DNA of 64,000 nucleotides from a virus (Duplodnaviria; Heunggongvirae; Uroviricota; Caudoviricetes): IMG/VR virus record IMGVR_UViG_3300010882_000011, positions 1 to 64,000 of that record; one strand, 5' to 3'. Shown piece by piece: positions 50,805 to 63,664 of this stretch (position 1 is its first letter; each line of letters starts with the position of its first letter). The notes under the pieces were generated by a model. It saw only the letters and a program-made list of their open reading frames with translations, ran no database searches and was not told where the DNA came from. The position numbers and the translations under genes were made by a program.

Positions 50805-52562
50805 ATGAAAACGATTTTTAATATAGACTTAGCTGAGAATGCGGGAAAGGTTCTCAAAGTAAGTAATGACGGAAAACTTGTTGAAGGTACAACTATACAA
50901 TCAGGTGGCATAACAGACGTTAAAGTTGACGGTAGTTCAGTGGTAAATAATGGAGTGGCGGAAATAGAATTTCCAGTTGCTGCGGAAATTGAAACTGATG
51001 AAGTTGGAGTATCTGTACAAGATAGACTTGATGAATTACACAGGGACTTAAATTATACTTTTGCAAATAACATTTCCTTTCCTGTAGTTAATCAAACTAC
51101 TCAATGTAACCTTGATACATTTAATCCTTCAACAAAAGTTGCATCAACGATTATTAGGGAAATGCCTATTGCTAGTCCTACAGTTACTGGCTTAGTTCCG
51201 AAGGAAACAATGACAGCTGTTACTAACTTGATTACAAGAGTAACTGCATTGGAAGGTGGGGCAATGAGTTATGCTGTTACTATTCCAGACTTATCAGAGG
51301 AAGACGATGCTACTGTACAAAGTATATTAATGGATTTGTATAGAACTGCATCTGGAAATGCTTCTGATCCTGTTCCAGAAGGAGTATTGCTTGCAGATCC
51401 TTTAACAGGTATGACTTTCAAATGGTTCACTACTAGTGATGCTTGGATTATGGTTACTACTCCACCTATTGGATTAGCAACGCAAACCAGAGCAGGTATA
51501 GTACAAGGAACACCAGATCCAGCAGAAGATCCTCTAGATCCAAATGCTGTATATGGTAAAATATACGTAGAAGATGATGGTACGATGTCATTACTAGGCT
51601 GAGATATGACTAGGTCTGACATTGATAATATAAATATAACGTTGGGACAAATTGGGCCTGGTATTCCAGGAACATCCCCTAACATTGGTGCTGACGGTAA
51701 CTGGTGAGTTGGATCAACTAATACGGGAGTTAAGGCGCAAGGTAATCCTGGTGCAAATGGAGCTCCTGGAATTAGCCCACACATTGATACCAATACAGGT
51801 AACTGGTTTATTGGTGAAACAAATACTGGAATAAAAGCACAGGGCATTGATGGCCCTGCAGGTGCACCAAATGTATTGACAATTGGAACTGTAACTTCCG
51901 TTATAAATGGAGAAGGTTCTAATGCTTCAATCAGTGGCTTGTCTCCAACACAACAACTAAATCTAATACTTGAGGCTGGCCCAGAAGGGCCTCCAGGTAA
52001 TGCATACAGAGGAATATTTGCTACACCTGATGACTTAACGGCTATACCTATTGAAGGTTTAGAGATAGGTCATAATGCAGATGTGCTTTTAACAAACAGT
52101 AAGTGGATATGGAATATTAGTTATCTTGGAGACATACATGACTATACTTTCCCAGACGATGCAGCTGTTTTTGATTGATATCCGATTCCTTCAGTATTAG
52201 ACTTTTATTACAATAGTACAACAGAAACAATCTGGCAATTTACACTTAATGAAGGAGCAGATGAACACTCTTACAATAGAGAAGATTATTCCTTCAAGGA
52301 TATGGAAGTTGGATTCCCGCCGTTTGAAAGTGTAACATTTAATGATGCTGAAACACCTATATGGGAAGGAGATTGGAATGATCCTTTCAATCCTGAAAGA
52401 GAACAATGAATAAATTCTCTATTTCCTGTTTCAATGCAGGGCCCACAGGGTGAACAAGGAGATCCAGGAGTTGTACAAATATACGAAGCAGTTGATGCAA
52501 ATGCAGCATTGATATACTCACAAGCAAATCCAGACGTATTTGTATTTGTTGCAAAAAGCTAG
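50805..52562 (+). CDS. tail fibre protein with collagen-like C-terminal segment (~585 aa), 5 TGA
   Basis: Track ORFs 50805..51602 and 51876..52178 are in frame 0. Repeat GNW(W)VGSTNTGVKAQG / GNWFIGETNTGIKAQG has a TGA at the position of W/F; ...GPQGEQGDPG...; TAG stop. Confidence 0.5.
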
Positions 52563-52570
52563 GAGGATAA

Positions 52571-55500
52571 ATGGCTGCAATTAATTTAACAAACTTATTC
52601 ATAAATGGTAGTGCGGAAGCCAATGTAACTGGATTAACTGGTTACATGACTAACCAAAATGGTGCTCAGTCTGCACTTACTATGACAAGAGTTGCTAAAC
52701 CTGCGAATCCTACTCATGACGAGTGGGGTTCCTGGGTTTTCAATCAAGGAACAAAGACACAAGGAGTTGTATCAATTGAGCCGACTGCAAATATTACTAC
52801 TGTCATAGGACATAAGTATTATATAAGAGCACAAGTAAGATTACGTGGCTCAACAGCTGGAGCTGTTACACAGTTTAACTTCTTCCATAGAGTTGCAGTC
52901 AATGGCACAACGATAGCACTACCTGGACGTGGATCCAACTTACAGACTATTGCTAACACTGTAGATCCAGGCCTTTATTCTACTAACATCACTGGATGGG
53001 AATTAGTAGATTGTATATGAACTGCCGATAGAACTGCATTTAAACCAGCATTAGTATGAGCTAAAACGTCCAATGGTAATGATGATCAGTATGGTCAGGC
53101 AGATAATATAATGGTTATTAACCTTACTAGTGTATTTGGTGCAGGTAATGAACCTCCTATACAAGCTGTAAGAGGTGGAGTTCTTAACTATACTCAACGA
53201 GGGTATTGGGATGGAACAGCTGCTATAGAAATGGCAACACCACCAGTGTTTGTAACTGATACAATACCTTTCGGCTTAACTGGAAGACCTTATTCTGCTA
53301 CTATTGAGATGGAACAAGGACATGGTACACAACCATTTAGTTTCGCACTATCTGGATTACCAGTAGGACACGGTCTATCAATTAATAGCTCGGGGGCCAT
53401 AACGGGGGCCATAACGGGGGCCATTAACCTCCCAGAAGGTGAGTACTTCTTCGATGTTGTTGTAACTGATGCTGTAGGTTATCAGGTTAGGAAAACTTTT
53501 GACTTAGATGTAGGTGAACCACCTGTTATACACGATACGTTTATCACTGGTGCTGTTCACTTAGAACCTTACTTATGGTCACCAAATGTAACAGGTTCTG
53601 CTCCTCTAAATATAACTATGGTTGTATCAAGTGGTACTTTACCATCAGGATTAACCATAGATAACATTGCCGATACAATATCTGGTACACCGACAGTTGA
53701 CGGACAAAGTTGTCAGATTACAATAACTGCAACTAACGAGTATGATTTGATGGGAGTTACGAGAGTACTAACATTAGTAGTAGCATCTACTCCAACTATA
53801 AACACAACATCTCCATTACCTAATGGAATATTAAATCAATCATATTCTGCTACATTAAATGCTTCTGGTGCTCAACCAATTACATGGGAAAATCTTAATG
53901 ATTTACCACCTGGACTTAGCTTAAATCCTAATACGGGACAAATAACTGGAACTCCAACAGCAACTGGTGTATATTCATTTGGTATGCGTGCGGTTAACTA
54001 TTTGGGAGATGACATAAGAGTATTCCAATTAACTGTTAATCAATTACCAGTAATTACTACATCTGGTACTTTAAGTTATGGTAGATTAAATTCTGCATAT
54101 TCTTATCAGATACAGGCAACTGGTACGACACCGATAACATTTTCTCAATCTGGAGGACAATTACCGACTGGTTTAACATTAAACTCAAATGGTACTATTA
54201 CAGGTATACCACTAGCAACTGGAGTATTTACATTCCAAGTTTATGCAACTAATGCAGCAGGAAGCTCTGCGATAGTAAGTCTTACTATTGAAACTGGTAT
54301 GGCTTTGGCCATTGTAACCACATCTCCTTTGAGAGTCGGAACACAGGGTGTTGCTTATGGTAACTTACAGTTTACAGCAGTAGGTCAAGATACAACTTAT
54401 ACATCAACATGGGCTGTAGTAACCGCAGGAACATTACCACCTGGTATGTCCCTATCTACAGCAGGTATTTTAAGTGGTACTCCAAATACAGCAGGAAGTT
54501 ATAACTTCCAAGTGAGAGTAACAAACGGAACTACTCAAGCAACTTCTTCATTCGTTTTAGAAGTTGGTACTCCACCTGTTATTACATCAAATCCTACTTT
54601 GTTAGGTGGTATTGATAGACCATTTACAACTGTATTACAGGCAAGTGGACAAACCCCAATAACATGGGCTATGACTGTTCAGCCAAATCCGCCTGCTAAC
54701 ATTACGTTAGATACTAATGGTGTTCTTTCTTGGTTAATTCCTGTAACTGGATCTTATACATTTACGATACAAGCAACAAACATTTTTGGAAGTTCTGCTC
54801 AAGTACAATTTACTTTAACAATTACTACTCCGTCTATTATAGATGGACAAGACTTATCAAATGGTATTCTTGGAGAAGTATGAAGTTATAAATTTACAGC
54901 ACGTGGAGATGAGCCTATAAACTGAACAGTTGCATCAGGTCAATTACCACCTGGATTAACATTTGTTCCAGATCTTGTAGATACACACTTTGCAACTTTA
55001 TCAGGTGTTCCAACTACAGTAGGCCCATATAACTTTAGACTGCAAGTACAAAATTTTGGTGGCTCGGCTAATGAGCCATTCACTATAATAGTATATCAAA
55101 GGCCATTCATACAGAACACCGACTTAAACAGCGGTAACGTATCAGCATCTTATATTCAGAACTTAACTGCAACAGGTAGTACCCCATTCACGTGGGTTAT
55201 ATTACCAGCAAGTGGTGGAGAAACAGGATTACCTCCTGGATTGAATTTAGTTGGTGCTGCTATTTCAGGAACTCCAACAACAGAAGGTACTTATACCTTT
55301 AGCGTAAGATGTTCCAATGTATTAGGCCTAGATTACGCACACATTAAGCAATTCACAATAACAATTGGGCCATCTGGTGCACCTGTTATTACGACAGGGG
55401 CAAATTTAACTGCCATTAGAGGCACAGCATATTCGCTGAACTTGGCAGCTAACGGAAATACTCCAATTACATGATCTACAATATCCTCATTGCCAAATGG

Positions 55501-55987
55501 GATTACATTAGTAAACAACGTTCTGTCAGGAACACCAACAGTTGCAGGAGTATATAGTTTTACTATTACAGCAACTAATGCTAATGGAACAGATAATAGA
55601 TTATTTATAATGACTATTGGAGATCCAGTTGTCATTACTACTATGAGTTTGCCAAACGGATTAATTAATGTTTACTACTCATATACATTACAAGCAACAG
55701 GTGATTTACCAATAACTTGAAATGTAAACTCTGGTAGTTTACCTACTGGAATAACACTTAACCCAACTACTGGGACAATATACGGAACAACATCCTTAAA
55801 AGGCACATTTACTGTTGGAATTAGAGCAGTAAATGGCTCAGGATCTAATATAGTTGTATATAACTTAAATATAGGAACTGAAGGCGGTTTATGACTTAAA
55901 GGAAAAGAAGTTGAAAGCCTTTTCATAAAGGGAAAAGAAGTCGCTGAGGCTTATAGAAATGGATTACTTATTTATCAAAATAACTAG
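52571..55987 (+). CDS. Ig-like-repeat protein (~1138 aa; >=10 tandem putative-Ig (PF05345-like) repeats), ~7 TGA
   Basis: Track ORFs 52571..53020, 53111..54883, 55241..55474 and 55490..55720 are all in frame 2. Recurrent ~90-aa units LPPGLSLNPNTGQITGTPTATGVYSFGMRAVN / LPTGLTLNSNGTITGIPLATGVFTFQVYATN etc.; AGGAGG Shine-Dalgarno-like sequence 5 nt before the ATG; TAG stop. Confidence 0.55.
53393..53428. repeat. in-frame 12-bp tandem repeat (GGGGGCCATAAC x ~3) encoding (GAIT)n
   Basis: gggggccataac gggggccataac gggggccattaac sits inside the Ig-like-repeat gene and encodes SSGAITGAITGAIN. Confidence 0.7.
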
Positions 55988-55989
55988 AA

Positions 55990-58900
55990 ATGGTAATATT
56001 AACAACAATAACAAAATTTAATGAGAGACAAATTCCTGACATTTATGTTAAGGAAGCTCCTATTGATGGTAAACCTTATCTTCGTCAAGATGGAGATTGG
56101 GTTGAACCTGAAGAAGTAGATTTGTCTGATTTATACACAAAAGATGAAGTAGATACGAAAGTAGGTGCCGTTCAGACAGGTCTTGATAATCACAAACTTG
56201 AAACCACTACTGCTCACGGTATTCCTGGTCAAATTGATAATAAGATAAGTGCCCATAATTCAAGCACAGATCCAAGTACTCATACTGATATTAGGAATAG
56301 CCTGGCAAACAAATTAGAAATAACAAATATTATCCAGGGTAATAACATGAATATTACCAAAGTTGGAAATAACGCCACTTTCAATGCCGTTATTCCTGCT
56401 ACAACTTGGGATAGTATTACAGATAAACCTGCAACATTCCCTGCTGCAACACCACTCCCAACTCATAATCATGCAATTTCTGATGTGACGAATTTGCAGA
56501 CTACATTGGATGCCAAGGCACCCTCAACTCACGTTGGTTCAAAAGGAACTACTCAACATGCTGTTGTAACAACGACTGCTGGTGATGCGGGATTCATGAG
56601 TGCAGCTGACAAGACTAAATTAGATGGTATAGCTGATGGAGCTACTGCAAACGTAGGAACTATTACAGGTATTACATCTACAACTCCTATTGTCGGAAGT
56701 GGAACAACTGGAAGCGTTACATTATCTCACGCAACTCAAGCAATTGATATCGTTGCTAATGCAGGAGCAACTCCTGGATTTGGAGGAACTGTCACTGTTG
56801 TTGGAACGGCTGCAGGAAATGGCACTGGCCACGTAACTGCAATTAAACCAACTACAATTACTTTTCCAACTGAAACTCAATTGAGTGGTGGAAGTGCAGC
56901 AACTGCTGGACAATATGTTTCAGGAGTTACAGTATCTAATCACGCGGTTACAGTTTCAAAAGGAACTTTACCTGTCGTTCCAACTAATGTAGGTGATTTT
57001 ACTAACAACGTAAACTATCAAACTTTAACACAAGTAACCAATTTAATTACTAATGCGATTGGAAATCTTGAATATGTTAAAGAAGTATTCTATGTTGATG
57101 CTGCTTACTTAGTTGCAAATCCAGGAGATCCTTATGTAGAAGGTGATTTAGTATTTGTTCGTTGGGATGATAGTGAATTAGTAGTTAATGTATTATTCGA
57201 TGGTATTGCTATTGACTTTGATACAAACACTAATGAATTAGTTATCAATCCTGGAACTCCAGATGAAATTAGAGTTGATTTATCTGCTTTAATTCCTGTA
57301 TATCAGGGTTACAATGGGGAACATATACAAACTGGAGTTAATGGCAATGTTATTGATGCTGCTTTAAAAGCTGGAACAATACAAAAGGACAGATTAACGT
57401 CTGCTTTCCAAACTGAAATAAATCAAAAACAAGATGCCGTAATTGGTAAAATAATTACAGATTCTTTACAAAAAATAACAACTGACTCACAAGGTCACGT
57501 TACTGCAAGCACTAATGTAGTTGCAACTGATTTGCCAGATCTTCCAACAAGTAAAATTACTGGTTTAGATACTGCGTTAAGTAATGCAAGTACACACATT
57601 AGTAATAATACTATCCACGTTACTCAAACTGACAAGGATAATTGGAATGCAAAAACTACTAATACAGGTACAGTAACTAATGTTGCTACTGGAACGGGTT
57701 TGACTGGTGGGCCAGTAACTACAACAGGAACTATTAGTCATCAGGTCAAGCCTGCAAGTGGTACTGCCGAAGCGGGAACAGGTGATTTTGTAGCAAGTGT
57801 TGTAACTGATACTTTAGGTCATATTTCTAGTATAACAAAAGCTAATCAGACACAATTAAGTGGTGGTGCAGCTGCAACAATTAATGAATATGTAAGTGGT
57901 GTAACTGTAAGTGGACATGCCATTACTGTAACTAAAGGAACTCTTCCTGCAGTTGGCGGTGGTGGAACTGTGACAAATATTGCCACAGGAACTGGACTTA
58001 CAGGAGGCCCAATTACAGGAACTGGCACAATAAGCCACCAAGTAAAACCAGTATCAGGAAGTGATGCAGGTGGAACTGGAGACTTTGTTACTGGAGTATC
58101 TATTGATGCTTTAGGACATATTTACCAAACAACTAAAGGAAATCAAACAGCTGTTAGCTTTACTAATGGCCCTGCTGTTGCAGGACAATATATAAGTGCT
58201 GCTTCTGCTACTGGACATAGTGTTACTTTTACAAGAGCAACATTCCCAGCAACTGCAACTCCAAATTTACTAACAATAAATAACGCCACTGAGGGAACTG
58301 TAACGTTTGATGGTAGTGCAGTGAAAACTGTAACAATACCAACAGCGTTGAAGAATCCTTATACTTTAACGGTTACTAAAGGTGGTGCTGCGTATCAAAC
58401 TTATGATGGTAGTGCAAATGTAACTGTGGATATTCCAACTGGTGGAGTAGCAAGTAGTGTGGCTAACCCTCTTACAATAATTGGGGCAAGCTCGACTATT
58501 GAAGGAAACGGAAAATATACGTTTGATGGTTCTGTTGCAAAAACAATTAATTTTACATCTGGTAATGGTCTAACAATGTCAATGGGTTCTGGTACTATAC
58601 AGTACTCTCACTCTGCGCATGGAGGAGATGTAACTGGTGTAATTAATCTAACAATAGGAAATAACGTTGTGTCTAATGCAAAATTAGCACAAATGCCAAC
58701 ACTTACTGTAAAAGGAAATGTGACTAATGCAACTGCTGATCCTACCGACATACCTATCTCTACTCTTAAAAGCGAATTGAGTATTCCAACTAATATCAGT
58801 GATTTAACTAATGATAGCGGATTTATTACCGCAGGTGATGTTAATCTTGATGGTTTTGTTAAACTGGAAAGTGAGGAACAGCAAGAACTTAATACTATTC

Positions 58901-61152
58901 TAAATTTCAACAGCAACAACTCAATAAAAATTGCTGACCTTAACGTGGCTCGTCATACTATTGCCTTATCAACAACAGTAGAAGAGGCAATCAATAACCA
59001 ACATAATTTATCAGGTTTAAGATTATATTTCGATCTCGCTGCAAATATAGGTTTTTCAGGATCAGATTATAATTTAATAAGAGGAACCAATGGAGAAAAT
59101 ATACTGCGTGGAGATCAGTTAGCAGGTTCAGTACGGTTATCAACGGAGATACAACAAAATTGAGAATCTCTTGATGGTGAAGATACGAAATGGATAATAT
59201 ATGAGGATGGTAATTGATTACACGAATATATACAAATACCCTATGGTTGAAGTCTATATATAGATTCGGTTGATTACAGTCGTGTGTCTGCTGATTTTAT
59301 TAATGGTATTGCAATAGGAAATCCAACGATACTATTTGGTGATACTAACTCACGTATAGCTATTCGCTCTGGGTATGATAGAATAGGTGCTATAGTTAGG
59401 GGTCGTGGACAAGAGGAACTTGCCTACTTATCTGACCTTGACAACGTTAACGCAACTATCATAATCAACAGAGAAACTCCTCTTTTAACTGACGTAACTA
59501 GAAACAATGATGGTTTCCTTGATACACTTTCTATAAGTGAAGAAATGGTTAACTGGTTTATGCCTCTTGGAAGTTTATTTCCAGGTCAAGATGTTAGCGA
59601 TAGGGCATTAGGTCAAGATTGGGAAATGACTTCAGATTATTTATTTGATGATTTCTCAGGATCTACTCAATCAATGACATTTGATAATGGTGTTGAACTA
59701 ATTATTGACGGAAGCAGTAGAGAAATCTACTTCTACTACTCTGGAAGTAGTATTGATAACTACCGTTATCTATATCAAAACGAAGGGTGGGTTAGCTATG
59801 GTGTTATATTAACTCCAGAAGATCCTATGGCTGGGTACCCAATAGATGGTAGGCTTCCAGAAGATTGGCCAATGGGTGGTTATGTTGTAACAAATAACGA
59901 TTTAGTTGGAGCATTAATTGTGAATGAATGGGAGAAATGGAACTTCTATAACGGTTGAGTTTTTTCAGGTTATCCAATGATGCCTTACACATCAGTAATG
60001 ATTGGTAATGAGCAAATGCCTACTGTTATTAATGCAATTGGACATCCTCATGGTAATGTGATGGCGAAAAAAGGAGAAGGACATCTTGTTAGACTTGTTG
60101 ATGAAGAAATGTATCATGAGTGGTTACAACCTGTTTACGAAGCAATTCCTGACGTAATTGTTAGTAAAGAGAATCCAATAAAGACTAGTGCAGTTTTAAA
60201 TCCATGTGAAGACTGGTTGAAAGATATAGTATCAATTGGAGAACTTCCTTATGAGAGATTTGTGAACATTGCTGCTATTATGCCAGGAACTAACGTAACT
60301 GGTGGAGTGGCCATGTTTAATACACTATGGTATCCCTCCTTTACTGGAGAAGAAGGTCGTTTACAATTCGATAATGGTGCTAGTTTAGTATTTGGTTCCG
60401 ATGGGACTATATACATGGAACACTGGAGTGGAGAAATGTTCTATATCCATGATGGAGGTTCATTTGTATGAAATACATTTGACTTTGATGATGACTGGAT
60501 GCAAACCAATGAACCAAGCTTTCCTTTATTAGGAGATTACATTGTAGCATGTAACTCTCTATCTAAAGCTGTTTGGGATAACATGAATGATGTTATTAAC
60601 TTTGCAGTTCCAATGCAATATGATCCTGAAACTAATGAAGTAATTGGAAGAACAGCGGTTGCTATAGGTACTGAGGATATGCCTCTATTGTTACAAAGTA
60701 ATAGTGAAGGTGTTTATGCCGAAAGCGCGAGAAATAATGGACAAGGAACTGTATTAGTTAGCACTGACTTGGGAGAAATCTATGACACCATAGATAATAT
60801 GTATGCTCAAAAAAGATTTGTTCCATGATCAAATCCTGTTACTGAAGTTCCTGATTCATATGGAGAAATTCAAATTTCTGCTGACACAGGCCTAGTTGAC
60901 ATGCCAAATCCTTTGGATAACTCTACTATTTTCTGGTTTAATCCAGATGAAGGTATGTTAAATCCAACTCCTTTGACTATATGGTTTAGAACTGGAGGAA
61001 GTGTACCTCCAATTGATGTACAACATGGATATGAAAATAGTTTATCTATCTTCATTCCTGCTGAAGGTCTAAATTACGAACCAAATAGTATGTATGAAAT
61101 GACCATGATGTATGGTAGAATTTCATTACTAAAATTACAACAAATACAATAA
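55990..61152 (+). CDS. giant tail fibre protein (~1720 aa): 1057-aa TGA-free HxH-repeat shaft + ~660-aa Trp-rich distal domain with 7 TGA
   Basis: Track ORFs 55990..59163, 59284..59958, 59977..60471, 60499..60828 and 60901..61152 are all in frame 1, separated by TGA. Shaft motifs PTHNHAISDVTNL and NNTIHVTQTD; TAA stop. Confidence 0.5.
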
Positions 61153-61212
61153 AATAAATTAAGATGTTTTGGTGGGAGAAATCCCACCAGACATTTTTTA
61201 TAATATGTAAAT

Positions 61213-63045
61213 ATGGATAGTATAATAAATAATTCCTATGTAGTTGGTGTGGGTGGAAGAAACCTAGTATTAAGTACATTGGGAAGAATATATGTTAAGG
61301 TAGGAGATAGATATACGGAGTTAGATTTTAATAAGTTAGTAAATAGTCAAGGAAGTTCATCTGGAAGTACAGAAGAAAAGTTACCAGATATAATTGTTAT
61401 TGATTCTCAAAATGATTTAGCTAGTTTAGAATTTCCTGGAAATAATAAAATAGTTATCTCTAATGATAATAATTTATGACTAACTAGCAATGATAGATAT
61501 GAGGCTTTTGATTTTTCGGCTAATATACATTCTTTAGCTTTAGAAGATTTAAGCGTAAAAAATCAAGTTGCATTTGAAGTTACTAATGAAGCACCTTTTA
61601 TTGTTAATAGTAATGCTTTAGTTGCCAACTTGAATGCACAATTTTTGGACGGAGTAAGGGTAGATGAACTGGCTATTAAGGCGAATGATGAGGTTATTAC
61701 AGGAGAATGGGGTTTTAAGGAAAAGATTAGTCTTAATGGGGCTATTGTAGATAATACTATTAGTAATTGATTGGGAAATACAGTAATTGATTACAAAAAC
61801 GATATTATAACAACTGATGTTCTAAATGTACGACAAATAAATTTTCCACAAGAGAATACGTTAATACATTTGACAGGAGGTCTTCCTGGAGAAATATGAC
61901 TTCATAAAGAATTTGATATATCGAATGTGCAGTGGTCTGATATAGTTATTGATAGTTATTCTAACTTTAATATCATACAAGAAGCTTATAATTGTGGTTA
62001 TTTATCTAACTCTGTTTATAGTGGTATATATGATACGATAACAGATGTTCCCATTGAATTTTGATATAATATATTTCTTTCGAATTATGTTATTATAGAC
62101 GATGACAATCCTCCGATTATTAGAGATTTAACAATAACAACTGAACTTAATTATGTAAACGTTCAATTATCTAGTAATCAACTTCCTGATATCTATAACT
62201 ACATAAAGGTATTTTATGCTCTCTTTCGGATGTCTGGAGAATCTGTTACAAACTATTTTCAAGTATTAGTTCCCAATTTAAATTTAGTTAGTTATCCAAG
62301 TTTGTTTCCAAATATGATTATTAAAAGTTCTGATAATCAAGTAAGAGCGGCAATTTTATTAACCAATCGACAAGACAATTTCATAATTGTACAATTAGAT
62401 ACTTCAGGTAACCAATTTTCAAATCAAACCAAATTCGTTGTGGGGGGCCATCTTTATGATCCTCAGCTAAAACCCTCTATAGTCCTTAATTCTCACTCCA
62501 ACAAATATCCATTTATTGATATTTTAAAAAATGCGAATTATAACTATGAATATAACTTTGGAGAAGAAACTGGCACTGACATTCCATATAATCTAGAATT
62601 AGCTGATAACAATAATGTATTATGCAGAAATGGAGTAATGGATGGTTTAGCTGAAGATATAACCTTCAAAAAAATGAAAGGTGCTGGAATTTTTATGAAT
62701 GGCAAGGAACTTCTTAAGCTTCAAAACCTTAGTGATGTTAATATAGCTAAATTGGAGAATGACAGTGGAATTTATATTAAAAATCCAACAATAGCATTTG
62801 GAAGCGATACTACTATTGATTTACCAGCTGCGACCTTCTTTTTACCAGATGGATCGGGACAGATTGCAGGAGGAAAGTTAAAGTGAACCGCCGATACTCT
62901 AAGTATCGGAGCTTCAACAGCGACTATTCAACCTTTAACAATTAACTTAAGACATTATAATACAGGTGCTCTCATATCTACATACACATACGATGGAAGC
63001 CAACCGTTAACAATTGATATACCAATTCCTGTTCCAGGAGTATAA
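61213..63045 (+). CDS. tail fibre/baseplate-associated protein (~610 aa), 5 TGA
   Basis: Track ORFs 61213..61479 and 62230..62886 are in frame 1, joined through 5 TGA; TAA stop. Confidence 0.45.
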
Positions 63046-63050
63046 ATTTT

Positions 63051-63587
63051 ATGGAAAAATGAATATATTGACTAATAATAGTCGGATTAATAGTACTTTC
63101 CATATTCTCTATTAGAGGATGTGTGAAAGCTAAAAATGCACCAGAACCTGGAATTACCATCATAGAAACAAGAGACACTGTTGTTAATTGAGACACTATA
63201 AAAATAGTTGAACCTAAACTAATAACAGAAAAGGTTGTAGATTATATCTACATTTATCTGTGGGATACTGTTGAGGTAGTATTACCAAAAACACAGAAAT
63301 TCTATGCTGATTCAAATTATAAGGCTTGAGTTTCTGGTTATGAACCTAATTTGGATTCTTTAGAAGTTTACGAAAAAGAAACACTAATAACTCACTTAAT
63401 ACAAAAAACAATAGTAACTCAACCTAAACGTTTTGGATGGTGTTTCTATGCTGGAGTTGGTGGACAATATGGAGTTATTCAAAGGAAGTTTGATTTTGGC
63501 CCACAAATTGGTGTTGGATTTTATGTGAGACTTGAAAAAAAGAAAGAACCTAAAATTTCGATTGAAGAATTACCCAATGAAAAATAA
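63051..63587 (+). CDS. membrane-anchored protein (~178 aa), 4 TGA; possible lipoprotein/spanin-like
   Basis: MEKWIYWLIIVGLIVLSIFSIRGC... has an N-terminal TM or signal with Cys; track ORF 63351..63587 is in the same frame. Confidence 0.4.
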
Positions 63588-63599
63588 TTATATTTTCAT

Positions 63600-63664
63600 T
63601 TTGTAAGTGCAAAATAAAGTTGTATTTTTGCAAAAATTAAATATGAATTAATAAGTTAAGTATT
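63600..63664 (+). promoter_or_regulatory. putative promoter (TAnnTTTG-like TATTTTTG, repeated TGCAAAA)
   Basis: ttgtaagtgcaaaataaagttgTATTTTTGcaaaaattaaat upstream of the last gene. Confidence 0.3.

Noticed and set aside
51269-58919. Minus-strand track ORFs inside the tail-fibre genes (51269..51847, 55333..55635, 55675..55926, 57846..58041, 58608..58919, etc.)
   Set aside because: Antisense shadow ORFs within long, well-supported plus-strand fibre genes; Gly/Pro/Ser-rich low-complexity translations.
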